A stretch of DNA of 64,000 nt from IMG/VR virus record IMGVR_UViG_3300009431_000004; one strand, written 5' to 3'. Positions 44,683 to 53,970 of the stretch are shown one piece after another. Numbering within the stretch: position 1 is the first letter of the stretch; each line of letters starts with the position of its first letter. The notes under the pieces were generated by a model. It made no database searches. It was not told where the DNA came from and worked only from the letters and a program-made list of their open reading frames with translations. The DNA comes from a virus. Position numbers and translations under genes: made by a program.

Positions 44683-45441
44683 CTACGAGGCGGCGTCCAG
44701 TACGCCGATGATGCTGTCGTTCACGATGAAGCCCTGCTGGCAGGCTTCGACGGCGGCGGTTCCACCGGCACGGAGGATGAAGTCGGTGCCGGGTTCCAGC
44801 CGGTAGCTGACGTAGCGGCTCGTGGGCAGGTTGCGGGTCAGCGCCTTCTTGGCCAGCGTCTTGGGCTTGCTGTTGGCCTTGGGAGCCGGGCCGTTCGGCG
44901 CGGGTTCCAGCACCTTCGAGAAGATGCGGAGTCCCTGCACGTAGATGGTGCCGGGCTTGGGGGCGCGGGCTTCGTCGCTGCAATCCCGGCAGCGGCAGTT
45001 GGCCTTGCCGGAGCAGCGGTACACGCGACCGCCTCGGACCGTCTCACCGTTCACGACCAGCGGCTCGAACACACCCGCCGTGGTGGACTTGGACTCGGTG
45101 TCCGGGTTCAAGGTGTCCTCGAAGCTGGCGACCTGCTCGGCCAGTGCGGTCCGCACGTCCGCTTCGGTGAACTCGCCGTTGCCGTCCGCGACCAGCTTCG
45201 CCACGTCCGCATCCGTCAGCGCCTTGAGGGCTGCCAGCGAACGCTCGACCAGCTTCTCGTAGCGGAAGCCGGTGAAGATGACGGTGTGAATCCGGTCGTT
45301 GCCGTAAACGACCTTGTTGCCCTTGGGGCCGCGCTCCACACCGCGCTTCGTGGTGATGAGTCCGGTGAAGGTTCCCACGCGGGCATCCTTCAGGAGCATG
45401 GCCAGCATGTCCGAGCTGGCATTGGTCTTGACGTTTCCCAT
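44683..45441 (-). CDS. hypothetical protein, paralog of 48213-49028
   Basis: AAGGAG RBS; full-length similarity to the paralog. Confidence 0.75.
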   Translation of the reverse strand: MGNVKTNASSDMLAMLLKDARVGTFTGLITTKRGVERGPKGNKVVYGNDRIHTVIFTGFRYEKLVERSLAALKALTDADVAKLVADGNGEFTEADVRTALAEQVASFEDTLNPDTESKSTTAGVFEPLVVNGETVRGGRVYRCSGKANCRCRDCSDEARAPKPGTIYVQGLRIFSKVLEPAPNGPAPKANSKPKTLAKKALTRNLPTSRYVSYRLEPGTDFILRAGGTAAVEACQQGFIVNDSIIGVLDAAS

Positions 45442-45485
45442 CTTCGTTCTCCTTTTCAAATGCGGGTCTGTCCCGCTCATGTACC

Positions 45486-45582
45486 CAACTCGCATCTTTC
45501 GGTTCTAAGCCCCCTCCGTGCGAAAATATTTTCCGCCCTTTTATTAAGGTAAAGGGGGCTTAGGACCGCGACGAGCGAGTAG
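45486..45582. promoter_or_regulatory. Back-to-back recurrent promoters (45486-45514 minus; 45554-45582 plus)
   Basis: N13 spacing; AT-rich centre with an AAAATATTTT palindrome. Confidence 0.7.
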
Positions 45583-45630
45583 TCAATGTGTGGACGGGGC
45601 AGACGGCCCCATTGACAGGAGGATGAGACG

Positions 45631-46425
45631 ATGGCCAAGGTAACGAAGATGACGCGCCCGGTGGCCAAACGCATCGCGGCGGACGTGGCGGCAGCCCTCA
45701 AGCCCGTGGCCGAGAAGTACGGCATGTCCTTGTCGGAAGGCGGGTGGAGCTACTATGACACGGACATCACTTTCAAGCCGAAGTTCGCGGTCGTGACCGA
45801 CTCCGGCGTCCCGGCGGACTTCGAGAGGCTGGCCCCCAAGTACGGGCTGGAACCGAGCGACTTCGGCAAGACCTTCACCAGCCTCGGTCGCCAGTTCCGC
45901 ATCACGGGCATCAAGCCCACGAGGCGGCAGTACCCCATCAGCGGGGAGAGGGTGCCGGACGGCAAGAGCTACAAGTTCACGGCACAGCAGGTCGTGACCG
46001 GCCTCGGCAAGACCAGCAAGGCCAAGTTCTCCAAGGGCGACCGCGTGACCTTCAAGGACTTGTTCGCTGGCAAGACCGGCGCGAAGTCCCACGGGACCAT
46101 CGAGAATGCACTGCCGGTCGGAACGGACCAGCGCGTGGAGGTCTTCACCGGGGGCCAAGTCCTGACCCTCAAGCAGGACGAGCTGACCCTCTTCAAGGGT
46201 AAGAGGACCGAAGACGACATCATGGCGGACATCTGCTGCGCCTACGGCGGCCTGTCCCCCGAGAACCTCACCTGCGATGGCGAACTGCCCCGGTCGCGGG
46301 TCCGCGCCAAGGCCAGCCGCCTGAACCGCTGGCTCAACGAACTGCAAAGGGAGTTGGGCCGCTCCGTGAGCGAGGAAGAGTCCTTCGACTGGTGGGACAA
46401 GCAGCGCAAGGCCAAGGCCAGCTAG
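45631..46425 (+). CDS. hypothetical protein (LSPENLTCDGE motif)
   Basis: RBS; motif common in large phages. Confidence 0.7.
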   Translation: MAKVTKMTRPVAKRIAADVAAALKPVAEKYGMSLSEGGWSYYDTDITFKPKFAVVTDSGVPADFERLAPKYGLEPSDFGKTFTSLGRQFRITGIKPTRRQYPISGERVPDGKSYKFTAQQVVTGLGKTSKAKFSKGDRVTFKDLFAGKTGAKSHGTIENALPVGTDQRVEVFTGGQVLTLKQDELTLFKGKRTEDDIMADICCAYGGLSPENLTCDGELPRSRVRAKASRLNRWLNELQRELGRSVSEEESFDWWDKQRKAKAS

Positions 46426-47066
46426 TGGTGGGCAACTCGACCATCGCAAGCGGCGCTCTCTGGATGACCATCGGTTGCGGGGTGGGCCTCTCGCTCACCA
46501 TCATCGAACAGGTCGTGGCCCGGATTCGCGGCCCGGAGTGGGTGACGTGGCTGCATGAGGACGCGGTGGACGGCCAGTTCGCCACCGTCAAGGACTACCT
46601 CGCTGTCGCAGCCTTCTGGCCTCTGTTCCTCGGCATGGCCGTCTTCGCAGCCTTTCACAGGCAGACCCTATTCGAGAGGATGGCACACAAAGACCCGGCG
46701 CGGCAGGACGGCCTCCGGCGTCTCGGGGACATCGCTCAAGGGAGGCTCCCGTACAAACGAGAGTGGCGGGACATCCCCTCGGAGGACGGTCAGATTTACC
46801 TGTACGTGGCCTATTACCGCAACGGAGAGGACCCGATTCGTGTGACCCACACCATCACCCGGCCTCCGGGCGGGATGTTCATGTGCTGGCGCTATATCGG
46901 GTCCGACGAGAGGTCCATCCCGCTGTCGGCGGTGGATTCCCTTGGAGACGCGAAGACGGCATGTGAAGGGGACGAGCAGTGGCTCCCACTATGTGACCCC
47001 GGACGTGAGGGTCAGCAGGACGCCTTCTTCAAGGCCCAACAGGCCAAGCTCGACGAGGGTGACTAA
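46425..47066 (+). CDS. membrane protein
   Basis: Two TM segments; start approximate. Confidence 0.5.
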   Translation: MVGNSTIASGALWMTIGCGVGLSLTIIEQVVARIRGPEWVTWLHEDAVDGQFATVKDYLAVAAFWPLFLGMAVFAAFHRQTLFERMAHKDPARQDGLRRLGDIAQGRLPYKREWRDIPSEDGQIYLYVAYYRNGEDPIRVTHTITRPPGGMFMCWRYIGSDERSIPLSAVDSLGDAKTACEGDEQWLPLCDPGREGQQDAFFKAQQAKLDEGD

Positions 47067-47374
47067 ACTTCGTCGCGTCGCCAGACGCACTCGAACGGAG
47101 CGCCGTACCCGCACGCCGCCTCGACCAGAGATTCTGTGACCCGCATGACGGACTTCCTCGGCAAGGAATCCGGGGGGAGCTGGGCAATCATCAAAGCCGT
47201 GTCGAGGGGAGGGCCGGGGTCGTAGTCCATCTGGATGATGACCTCGGGTTTCGTCCAGTCCAGCATCCGGGCGTAGACGGCGTTCCTGAACTTGATGGCG
47301 GCGGAGAGCGGGGTGTCCTCCGGCAGCCGGTCCATCCACCAGTTGGCGGCGAAGATGCAGGCTGTGATATTCAA
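47063..47374 (-). CDS. hypothetical protein
   Basis: AANWW...MDYDP...LP.KS.M...GYGA; start approximate. Confidence 0.5.
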   Translation of the reverse strand: MNITACIFAANWWMDRLPEDTPLSAAIKFRNAVYARMLDWTKPEVIIQMDYDPGPPLDTALMIAQLPPDSLPRKSVMRVTESLVEAACGYGAPFECVWRRDEV

Positions 47375-47712
47375 CGTATCTCCGACATCATGGCATCCCT
47401 CTCCCGCTTTACCCGCTCCAAGTCCCACACGCCGGTAGGCTTGGGCTTCAGGCGCAGGCCGAGGGTGAAGTGCCGAACGCTGTCGTTCCGAAAGTCGAGG
47501 GCGTTGGAAATCAATGCTATCCTGCGACCGCGCTGTTCGCCTTCCGGCTCCTTCATCAGCATGTCCAAGGTGTTCAGGAATCCCAGCACGTTCTTCGTGA
47601 GGCCGTGCAGGTCTTTCTTCAACTGACGGGCTTCTCGGGATGCCTTGATGGCGTCCTCGCGGGCCTCCTTGAGTTCACGCCGGAGGGTGTCCATCTCGGA
47701 TTCTGTTCCCAT
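47371..47712 (-). CDS. coiled-coil hypothetical protein
   Basis: Operon packing. Confidence 0.55.
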   Translation of the reverse strand: MGTESEMDTLRRELKEAREDAIKASREARQLKKDLHGLTKNVLGFLNTLDMLMKEPEGEQRGRRIALISNALDFRNDSVRHFTLGLRLKPKPTGVWDLERVKRERDAMMSEIR

Positions 47713-47715
47713 CTT

Positions 47716-47955
47716 TCAATCCCCTATGCGAATGTAGGGTGGTCGGTCATCTACAAAAACCTCGACATGGTATTCTGTAGCCCCGACGTGGACAATCTTG
47801 GTCAATGAAACCATCTTCCCGGTCTTGTTGTTATACATGGGGAAGTCTACCAAACAGGGCAGCCCCTTCTTGCGCCGGTCTTCGTAACTGCGGTCCCGCC
47901 TCTTCAGGGCGGCGAGTACCTTCTTGCGAATCTTGGGGTCAGTGACTTCCATCAT
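47716..47955 (-). CDS. hypothetical protein
   Basis: GGAGG upstream of tandem ATG codons. Confidence 0.5.
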   Translation of the reverse strand: MMEVTDPKIRKKVLAALKRRDRSYEDRRKKGLPCLVDFPMYNNKTGKMVSLTKIVHVGATEYHVEVFVDDRPPYIRIGD

Positions 47956-47974
47956 CCTCCGGGCTGCCCACCTG

Positions 47975-48216
47975 TCATTGGGGCAGCTCCTCTTTCCAGC
48001 GATGCCCACAGTGAGGGCATTCGTAGGTCACGATGTCACCGCCGGGATAGCCGGGTTCCTGCTCCCCGACTTCCTTTGCATCCGGGTGGCAAGCCCGCCC
48101 ACCCTTCTCGGGGTCCAAGGGTCGTCAGCGGTGCAGGTGTGGCGACCGGGGTACACCCGTTTCAGGACGCCGTGGGACTCCATGAGGTCCAGAACGTCTT
48201 GGGGATGGCCGCTCAC
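47975..48216 (-). pseudogene. small Zn-ribbon protein split by a 1-nt frameshift
   Basis: HTCTADDPWTP then, in a shifted frame, EKGGRACHPDAKEVGEQ...YECPHCGHRWKEELPQ*; shift at the G4 run 48110-48113. Confidence 0.6.
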
Positions 48217-49028
48217 GGCGCAATCTTGAACAGGGACCGGATGGCCTCGGGGTCCACGGGGACACCCTCTGCCTTGGCATGGTCGCTGGCGTCGGACCCG
48301 ACCTTGATGGACAGGAGTCCCTCCTTCTCCAACGAGTACCGGGCGTAGAGGCCGACAGGCAGCCACGACCGCAGGATGTTCTTGACGACCGTCTTGGGCT
48401 TGTGCTTGGCCTTCCAGTCACCGTTCGGCGCGGGTTGCAGAACCTTCTCGCCCAGCTTCACGCCGTCGATGTAGATGGTCCCGGTGAGAGGTGCGCGGGG
48501 GTCCATCAGGTTCCCTGCGCCCACGTAGACCTTGGCCCCGTTGACCGTGGTCCCGTCCACCACGAGAGGCTCCCATACGGGGGCCTTCTCCCGGTCCGCC
48601 TCGGTCTGGTCCCGGTCGGCAGAGGGGTCGCCGTCATCGACGAGCTGGTCGGCCCGGATGACCTTCATGAAGTTGTCGTCGAGTTCCTGCACGGCCACGG
48701 CGATGTCCGTCATGCTGACCCCGGTATGACCGGCAGCCACACAGGCGTCGTGGAGCCTCTTGAACAGGTCGCCCTTGCCCCACATCTGGTGGAGCTTCTT
48801 GAAGCTCCGCTCGACGAGTGCCTGATAGTAGAACCCCGTCCAGAGGAGGACGTGAACGAAGTCGTCACCGTAGATGGTCTTGTTGTCCGCCGGGCCACGG
48901 GCGACCCCCTTCTTGCGGACGACGATGGAGGCGACGGTTCCTTCACCGATGTCATCCCCCATGCCGTCCATGATGGCGGCTGCGAGGTGCTTGTCGGTTG
49001 CGTTTACAGTCGGTGCTGAGGCTCCCAT
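48213..49028 (-). CDS. hypothetical protein, paralog of 44683-45441
   Basis: AAGGAG RBS; shared motifs with the paralog. Confidence 0.75.
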   Translation of the reverse strand: MGASAPTVNATDKHLAAAIMDGMGDDIGEGTVASIVVRKKGVARGPADNKTIYGDDFVHVLLWTGFYYQALVERSFKKLHQMWGKGDLFKRLHDACVAAGHTGVSMTDIAVAVQELDDNFMKVIRADQLVDDGDPSADRDQTEADREKAPVWEPLVVDGTTVNGAKVYVGAGNLMDPRAPLTGTIYIDGVKLGEKVLQPAPNGDWKAKHKPKTVVKNILRSWLPVGLYARYSLEKEGLLSIKVGSDASDHAKAEGVPVDPEAIRSLFKIAP

Positions 49029-49195
49029 GGGCTTCTCCTTTCAATCTCTATTTCTACTACCCGAACTCGACCGGGTATCGACCTAGTGGATTTGGTCTGC
49101 TACCATTGTCCGCGTGAATTACTCCTTGGACATACTTCGAGCCTTCAAGCCAATCGTGCGGGTGACGCCCGCATCTCGTCAGCTTGGAGGTCGGC

Positions 49196-49531
49196 ATGGA
49201 CCGAGGAGAACGTCGCGCACGCACACTGCGTATCTGCGCCCGTCGTCGTAAGCTCTGGCTCTGGTCAACGGGCGGTAATCACATCCGCCCGGCTACTCTC
49301 GAACCTTTCTACTTCACCAAGGCAAAGCCGCTGGACTGCGACTGCCGCCGGAGCCGGAGGGGGAATCCCAAGGTCGGCAAGGGACTCTGCAACAACGCCT
49401 ACGACCGCATCCGGGTCGTTCACTGGCGGCAGGCTCGCCGGACGCTCCGGCAGTTGGTCCGGGACGGTCGCTCCGACTGGGATTCTGATGAAGTGGCGCT
49501 GGTGACGGAGCCACGGGTCGAAATCGAGTAG
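49196..49531 (+). CDS. Arg-rich small protein with CDC/GNP motif
   Basis: GGAGG RBS; upstream sigma70-like TCGACC-N17-TACCAT and a hairpin. Confidence 0.55.
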   Translation: MDRGERRARTLRICARRRKLWLWSTGGNHIRPATLEPFYFTKAKPLDCDCRRSRRGNPKVGKGLCNNAYDRIRVVHWRQARRTLRQLVRDGRSDWDSDEVALVTEPRVEIE

Positions 49532-49759
49532 CTACTTGAGGTAGACGGACACCCCGTACCAGCCCTTCTCGCCGTAGCCGATGTCGATGTCCTTGATGGC
49601 GGACATGAAGGATTTGAGACGGGCAGACAGGAGCTTGTGGGCCTCCTTCGTGGTGGTGTCCGCAGTTTCGTCACGCTGCCACTCAGCGAGAGACTCCAAA
49701 CGCTCCTGTCGGAAGCCCCCGTCGATTCGCAGGTTGTCGTCGGTGATGTCCTTGGGCAT
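49532..49759 (-). CDS. hypothetical protein
   Basis: TGATG coupling to the upstream gene. Confidence 0.55.
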   Translation of the reverse strand: MPKDITDDNLRIDGGFRQERLESLAEWQRDETADTTTKEAHKLLSARLKSFMSAIKDIDIGYGEKGWYGVSVYLK

Positions 49760-50292
49760 CAGCGCGTCCTCTGCCGGAGGAGGTACTGGTGCGTCTCGTG
49801 GGTGTTCGCCATCGCGGCGAGAAAGTCGTTCATCCCCAAGGACAGCTCGCTCCGCGATTCAATCTCCTCGAATATCGCCTTCAGGGCGTCTTGAAGGGCG
49901 TCCTCCATGAACAGCGCCCGCCTGAAAAGGTCGTCCGGCACTGCGTCTGTCGCCATCGCTACGAGCCGGTCCATGAGGTGCGACTGCACGGCAGCGTTGA
50001 CGGCACTGGCACCGTACCCGGACACGAGCTTCTCTGCCAGAGCGTCGATTTCGTCGGTGACTCCACTGTAGAGGCGCTCGAACAGCAGGTGGTCGCCGTA
50101 CTGGGGGTCGCCCTTGGCCTGCCAGTGCGCCGTCCAGTGGCAGAAATGGAGCGCCCGCAGGTAGGCGAGGAGATTCTGTAGCATCTCCTCGGTCGGGACA
50201 TCCTCGCCACTCCACAGCGCGAGCTTCTGTGCCGCGACGCGGCGGGCAGTGTACCGGAGGGCCACTCTTCGTGCTGACTGGGCGATGTCCAT
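49759..50292 (-). CDS. Dps/ferritin-like protein
   Basis: HWTAHWQAKG...DHLLFERLY...EIDALAEK, H..H.YLL. Confidence 0.75.
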   Translation of the reverse strand: MDIAQSARRVALRYTARRVAAQKLALWSGEDVPTEEMLQNLLAYLRALHFCHWTAHWQAKGDPQYGDHLLFERLYSGVTDEIDALAEKLVSGYGASAVNAAVQSHLMDRLVAMATDAVPDDLFRRALFMEDALQDALKAIFEEIESRSELSLGMNDFLAAMANTHETHQYLLRQRTR

Positions 50293-50301
50293 CGTCTACT
50301 C

Positions 50302-51852
50302 CTAGTTGGGCTTGTAGATGCCTTTCTTTCGCGCCCACTCCCGCAGTTCAATCTCGAACATCTTGAACTGCGGGCCGTGGTTCATGTGCCGGATATGGGC
50401 CAGCTCGTGCAGCATCGTCGCCATGACGGCGCTGTACTTGCGGAGCTTCATCGGAAAACGCTTCTGCCGGACGTTCAGGGCGATGATGCCGCCCCCTCCC
50501 CGGTTGAACCCCAGCGACCCCTCGGCCACGGACTCCTTGAGCGTCTTGAACTTCAAGCCGAACTCTCGAAGGAGCGGCTGCACCTCCCGCTTCACCTTGG
50601 CGAGGATGGCGGCCACCTCCTCCTTGCCTTCGAGGTCGTACACGGAGAAGCCACCCACGACCGTCCGCGCCCACTCCTTCTTCTGCTGGACCCGCTCGGA
50701 CTTCTGGCCGAGCTTCTTCTTGGCCCAGTTGACCCACTTGGGCAGGTACTTCTTGCGGACGAAGCCACCCTCGGGAGCGTCCTGCCCCCACTTGATGAGG
50801 AGCTTGTTGCCCCGGATGGAGGCTGAGGACCGCATCTTGTCGGAATCGACCTGCGTGACCTTCAAGCCGTCGATGACAGAATCCACGTAGGGGCTGATGG
50901 CCTTGGCCTGCTTGGCCTCGGGATGACGGGAACGCCAATCGGCCATCTGCTTGTCCTGCCAGAGGCGCTTGAGGACAGGGTTGCTGTTCAGCAGTCTTTC
51001 CGCATGGTTGGAAGGCGTCCCCGTTGCGGGCGAGCTGCCCGGTCGAGGATTTCCTTCATGGTACGGGATGTCCGTCTTGAACTGCTCGGGGGTGGCGTCG
51101 AGGACAGCTCCTCTGGGGCTGCGGAGGAACCAGTGGAGGATGCCCTCGTGCAGAACCTCCAACGCCTTGTAGCCAGCCTTCTCCCCGCCCAGCAGGTGAT
51201 AGAGGACCTCGGCGGAAATCCAGCAGCTACCTTTGCAGACCGGCAATGCTTTCTTCACGAGCTGAAGGGTCTTGCGTTCCTCGGATGTCAGCGAGGCGGC
51301 CTGCCGGGCGAGCCAGCGGGCAGCGACACGGGAGGCGGCCTTCGGGGCATCCGCCAAGTCGTACACATCGACTGACTGGTAGAGCCACTCATCCCTTTTT
51401 CTTCCCACCGCCCTCGCCCTGTGGACGGCCAGAACCTCGCCTTTTCGATAGGTCGCGGTGCCGTTGTTGAAGCCCGCTCTCCGCCACCCGGACATCTGAG
51501 GGAAGACACCCCACTTGAAGTCGTTTCCAGACCCTCTGGCGGGGGTGAGCCGGAACCGCCATCTTTTCTGGCCGCTGTCAAAGGAGAAGACTGCCTTGCC
51601 GTTCAGCTTTATCCCCTGCTTCTGAAACGCTTTTTCAATCTCGTCAACGGCCTTCCGCAGCTCGGAGGTGAAGTTGTCCGGCACCGTGAGGGCGGCCTTC
51701 TTCGCATCCGGGCCACTCTTGAACTCGTAATCGGGGTTCATCTTCTTGTAGATGCCCATGATGTAGGCGTAATTCTCGGCTTCGCCCTTCTCCTTGGCGA
51801 TTTCCTTGGCCTTCTCCCACTTCTCTTCGTCACGCTTAGTCTTGACTGGCAT
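50302..51852 (-). CDS. Multidomain protein with a papain/transglutaminase-like domain and a C-terminal WLM/SprT-like metalloprotease
   Basis: GSCWISAE...HWFL...LDAT..QF (C-H-D); TMLHELAHIRHMNHGPQF (HExxH-x5-H). Confidence 0.72.
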   Translation of the reverse strand: MPVKTKRDEEKWEKAKEIAKEKGEAENYAYIMGIYKKMNPDYEFKSGPDAKKAALTVPDNFTSELRKAVDEIEKAFQKQGIKLNGKAVFSFDSGQKRWRFRLTPARGSGNDFKWGVFPQMSGWRRAGFNNGTATYRKGEVLAVHRARAVGRKRDEWLYQSVDVYDLADAPKAASRVAARWLARQAASLTSEERKTLQLVKKALPVCKGSCWISAEVLYHLLGGEKAGYKALEVLHEGILHWFLRSPRGAVLDATPEQFKTDIPYHEGNPRPGSSPATGTPSNHAERLLNSNPVLKRLWQDKQMADWRSRHPEAKQAKAISPYVDSVIDGLKVTQVDSDKMRSSASIRGNKLLIKWGQDAPEGGFVRKKYLPKWVNWAKKKLGQKSERVQQKKEWARTVVGGFSVYDLEGKEEVAAILAKVKREVQPLLREFGLKFKTLKESVAEGSLGFNRGGGGIIALNVRQKRFPMKLRKYSAVMATMLHELAHIRHMNHGPQFKMFEIELREWARKKGIYKPN

Positions 51853-51860
51853 TGCAACCC

Positions 51861-52535
51861 CTACAGTCTCTTGAGGACCACCGACGCATCGGTGAGGTTC
51901 AAAACGCCCCCGGTATCTTGCAAGGCCACTACCTTCAACCGCGCCCCGGAAGCGTAGTGCCGGACTCCGCTCTGAAGGACCAAGGCGGGGTTCACCGGGT
52001 CGAAGGCTGGTACATACCAGCCCGCCCAGTCATCCGAGTACGACTTGAAGGTGCCTATCTGCTCGACGAAGAATCGCCAGTCCGCCCCAACGGGCCAGTC
52101 CGGGCCGAACAGGAACGCTCGATATGTGCCAGCGGCGCTGGGGGCGAAAGTGAGGGCCACCGACACAACGTACTGACCTGTTGTCGGCACGACAAGATGC
52201 GGGACAGAATATGGGATGCCGCCGTCAACATCCGATGTCGGCAGAGGCACATCGGTCGGGGTGGCATCCGGGAGGGCCAAGACTCCACTGAACGACCGGG
52301 AGGCGTTTTCCAGCACCGGACCTCCAAGTAGCTCATCAGTCAGGAACCCTTGGGCGATGAAGCCCCTGATGGTTCCGTCCACATAGGACTTGGCGACCTG
52401 AGTCGTGTAGTTGAGGTCGATGGTGCCGTTGACAGCCACGTAAACCGGGCCAGCGTTGGCGTTCTGAAGGTCCGCCAGAAACAGGGCGGTTGCCACTAAG
52501 CCGGTGTGAGTCAGTCGTAAAGTGAGGGCTGCCAT
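51861..52535 (-). CDS. putative virion structural/decoration protein
   Basis: Beta-rich sequence; N-terminal VYV..NGTIDL..T.QV.KSY..GTI.GF module. Confidence 0.45.
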   Translation of the reverse strand: MAALTLRLTHTGLVATALFLADLQNANAGPVYVAVNGTIDLNYTTQVAKSYVDGTIRGFIAQGFLTDELLGGPVLENASRSFSGVLALPDATPTDVPLPTSDVDGGIPYSVPHLVVPTTGQYVVSVALTFAPSAAGTYRAFLFGPDWPVGADWRFFVEQIGTFKSYSDDWAGWYVPAFDPVNPALVLQSGVRHYASGARLKVVALQDTGGVLNLTDASVVLKRL

Positions 52536-52601
52536 GTGCCCCTTCCGACATGGGCAGACACGCCTGCCCACCATTCTTGCTTATCGGAGGGTATAGAAGG
52601 G

Positions 52602-52925
52602 CTACCGTCGGAAGGGGTGTCGGCCTCGGGCCATGTCACGCATGATTCGACGCGGGTGGTGGGGTTTGTTGCGGTGGGCCAGCATCTCCATGTGGCTCAC
52701 CATGCGAAGCCAGAGCTGGTAATCCCCCATGTCCACGGAGCCACCTTCCTGCGCTATCCGGCGCAGTTCGGCGGGGTCCGGGACAGTTCGGCGGTCGCGG
52801 CCACCGGGGAGCAGTTGGGTCAGCTCCAAGTCGTCTGCGGGGGACCAGCCGTGCCGTCGGGCGCACTGTAGCGTCTCGATTCGGACAGCCAGTTGTTGCA
52901 GGTGCAGGGGATTCAACATCGTCAT
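52602..52925 (-). CDS. hypothetical protein
   Basis: GGAGG RBS; promoter at 52941-52969. Confidence 0.6.
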   Translation of the reverse strand: MTMLNPLHLQQLAVRIETLQCARRHGWSPADDLELTQLLPGGRDRRTVPDPAELRRIAQEGGSVDMGDYQLWLRMVSHMEMLAHRNKPHHPRRIMRDMARGRHPFRR

Positions 52926-52940
52926 CTCCTCCTACGTACA

Positions 52941-52969
52941 CTACTCGGAGAAGACGGCTCTAAGCCCCC
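52941..52969 (-). promoter_or_regulatory. Recurrent phage promoter
   Basis: GGGGGCTTAG-N13-GAGTAG. Confidence 0.7.
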
Positions 52970-52971
52970 AT

Positions 52972-53970
52972 TTATCCGTCGCCATTCTTGGGTTTGTCGA
53001 TGAACCAGCCGGTGTCCTCGGCGCGGGCGTCGCCACCGTCGAAGTCGAAGAACTCGTTGAGGACATCGGCCTGTGCGTCGGAGACGGCCTCGGGTTCGGG
53101 GGTGTCGTAGGAAACGGGGAACGCATCTTCCAGTTGCCCGTCCAGCTCTCGCAGGAAGTCGTGGCCCCAAGGACCGTTCTCCAACGAGTTGGTGAGCGAC
53201 TTGGGGAGATTGTTCTCGATGTCAGGGTGCAGGGAGGCAGCGGCCATTGCGATGCCTGCAACGCCGTCTACGTCGCCCGAGAAGGCGACCGCCGCCTTGA
53301 GGATGGTGGAGAGCTTGAAACCGCTCTGGATGGCTGTGAGGGCCGCCCTGACGGCACTTACGCCCTTGCCGTTGACATGACCCTGCCACGGAGTCTCCCA
53401 CGGGTATCCGGGCAGTTGCTCGGTCAGGAGCGGGGCGATGCAGTCGAGGTCGAAGCCGTGGCGGCACGCCCAGACCATGAGGGCGCTGGCCGCAGCAGAG
53501 GCCATGCCGTCCTTGGTCGCGTGGGTCAGGCTGGCTTGCCACATGGCCGTGTCGATGACTTCCTGCTCCCTCCCCAAGAAGCCGCAGACCACGGCCCTTT
53601 CCGCTGCCCCGGACTTGTCGCTGTGTGGTTCGATGAGCTTCAGGAACTCCTCGCCGCCTCTGTCAGGGTCAATCATGGTCAGGAACTCATGAAAGCCCTT
53701 GGCGTAGCCCACGCGAGGGTTGGCCTTGAATGTGTCCACGAGGCAGTCAGCCCACGCCAGAGGCGTCCGGGCTGCGTCGGACAGAAGCAAATGAGCCAGT
53801 GCAACCGCCATCTGCACGCCGTCGGTGTACTGGCCCGGCAGCAGCTCGGTATGGGACGGGTGCTGCCGGTACTTCAGGTCGTTGTTCAACTTCACGACAC
53901 CCGGAGCGACGTACTCGAAGCACGCCCCGTAGCTGTCCCCGAGGGCCATGGAAACCAGCATCCCCATCAT
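52972..53970 (-). CDS. ADP-ribosylglycohydrolase (ARH/DraG family)
   Basis: LGDSYGA.FE, YTDG.QM, QASLTH, FSGDVD..A.IA; the usual TDD is TDG here. Confidence 0.87.
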   Translation of the reverse strand: MMGMLVSMALGDSYGACFEYVAPGVVKLNNDLKYRQHPSHTELLPGQYTDGVQMAVALAHLLLSDAARTPLAWADCLVDTFKANPRVGYAKGFHEFLTMIDPDRGGEEFLKLIEPHSDKSGAAERAVVCGFLGREQEVIDTAMWQASLTHATKDGMASAAASALMVWACRHGFDLDCIAPLLTEQLPGYPWETPWQGHVNGKGVSAVRAALTAIQSGFKLSTILKAAVAFSGDVDGVAGIAMAAASLHPDIENNLPKSLTNSLENGPWGHDFLRELDGQLEDAFPVSYDTPEPEAVSDAQADVLNEFFDFDGGDARAEDTGWFIDKPKNGDG

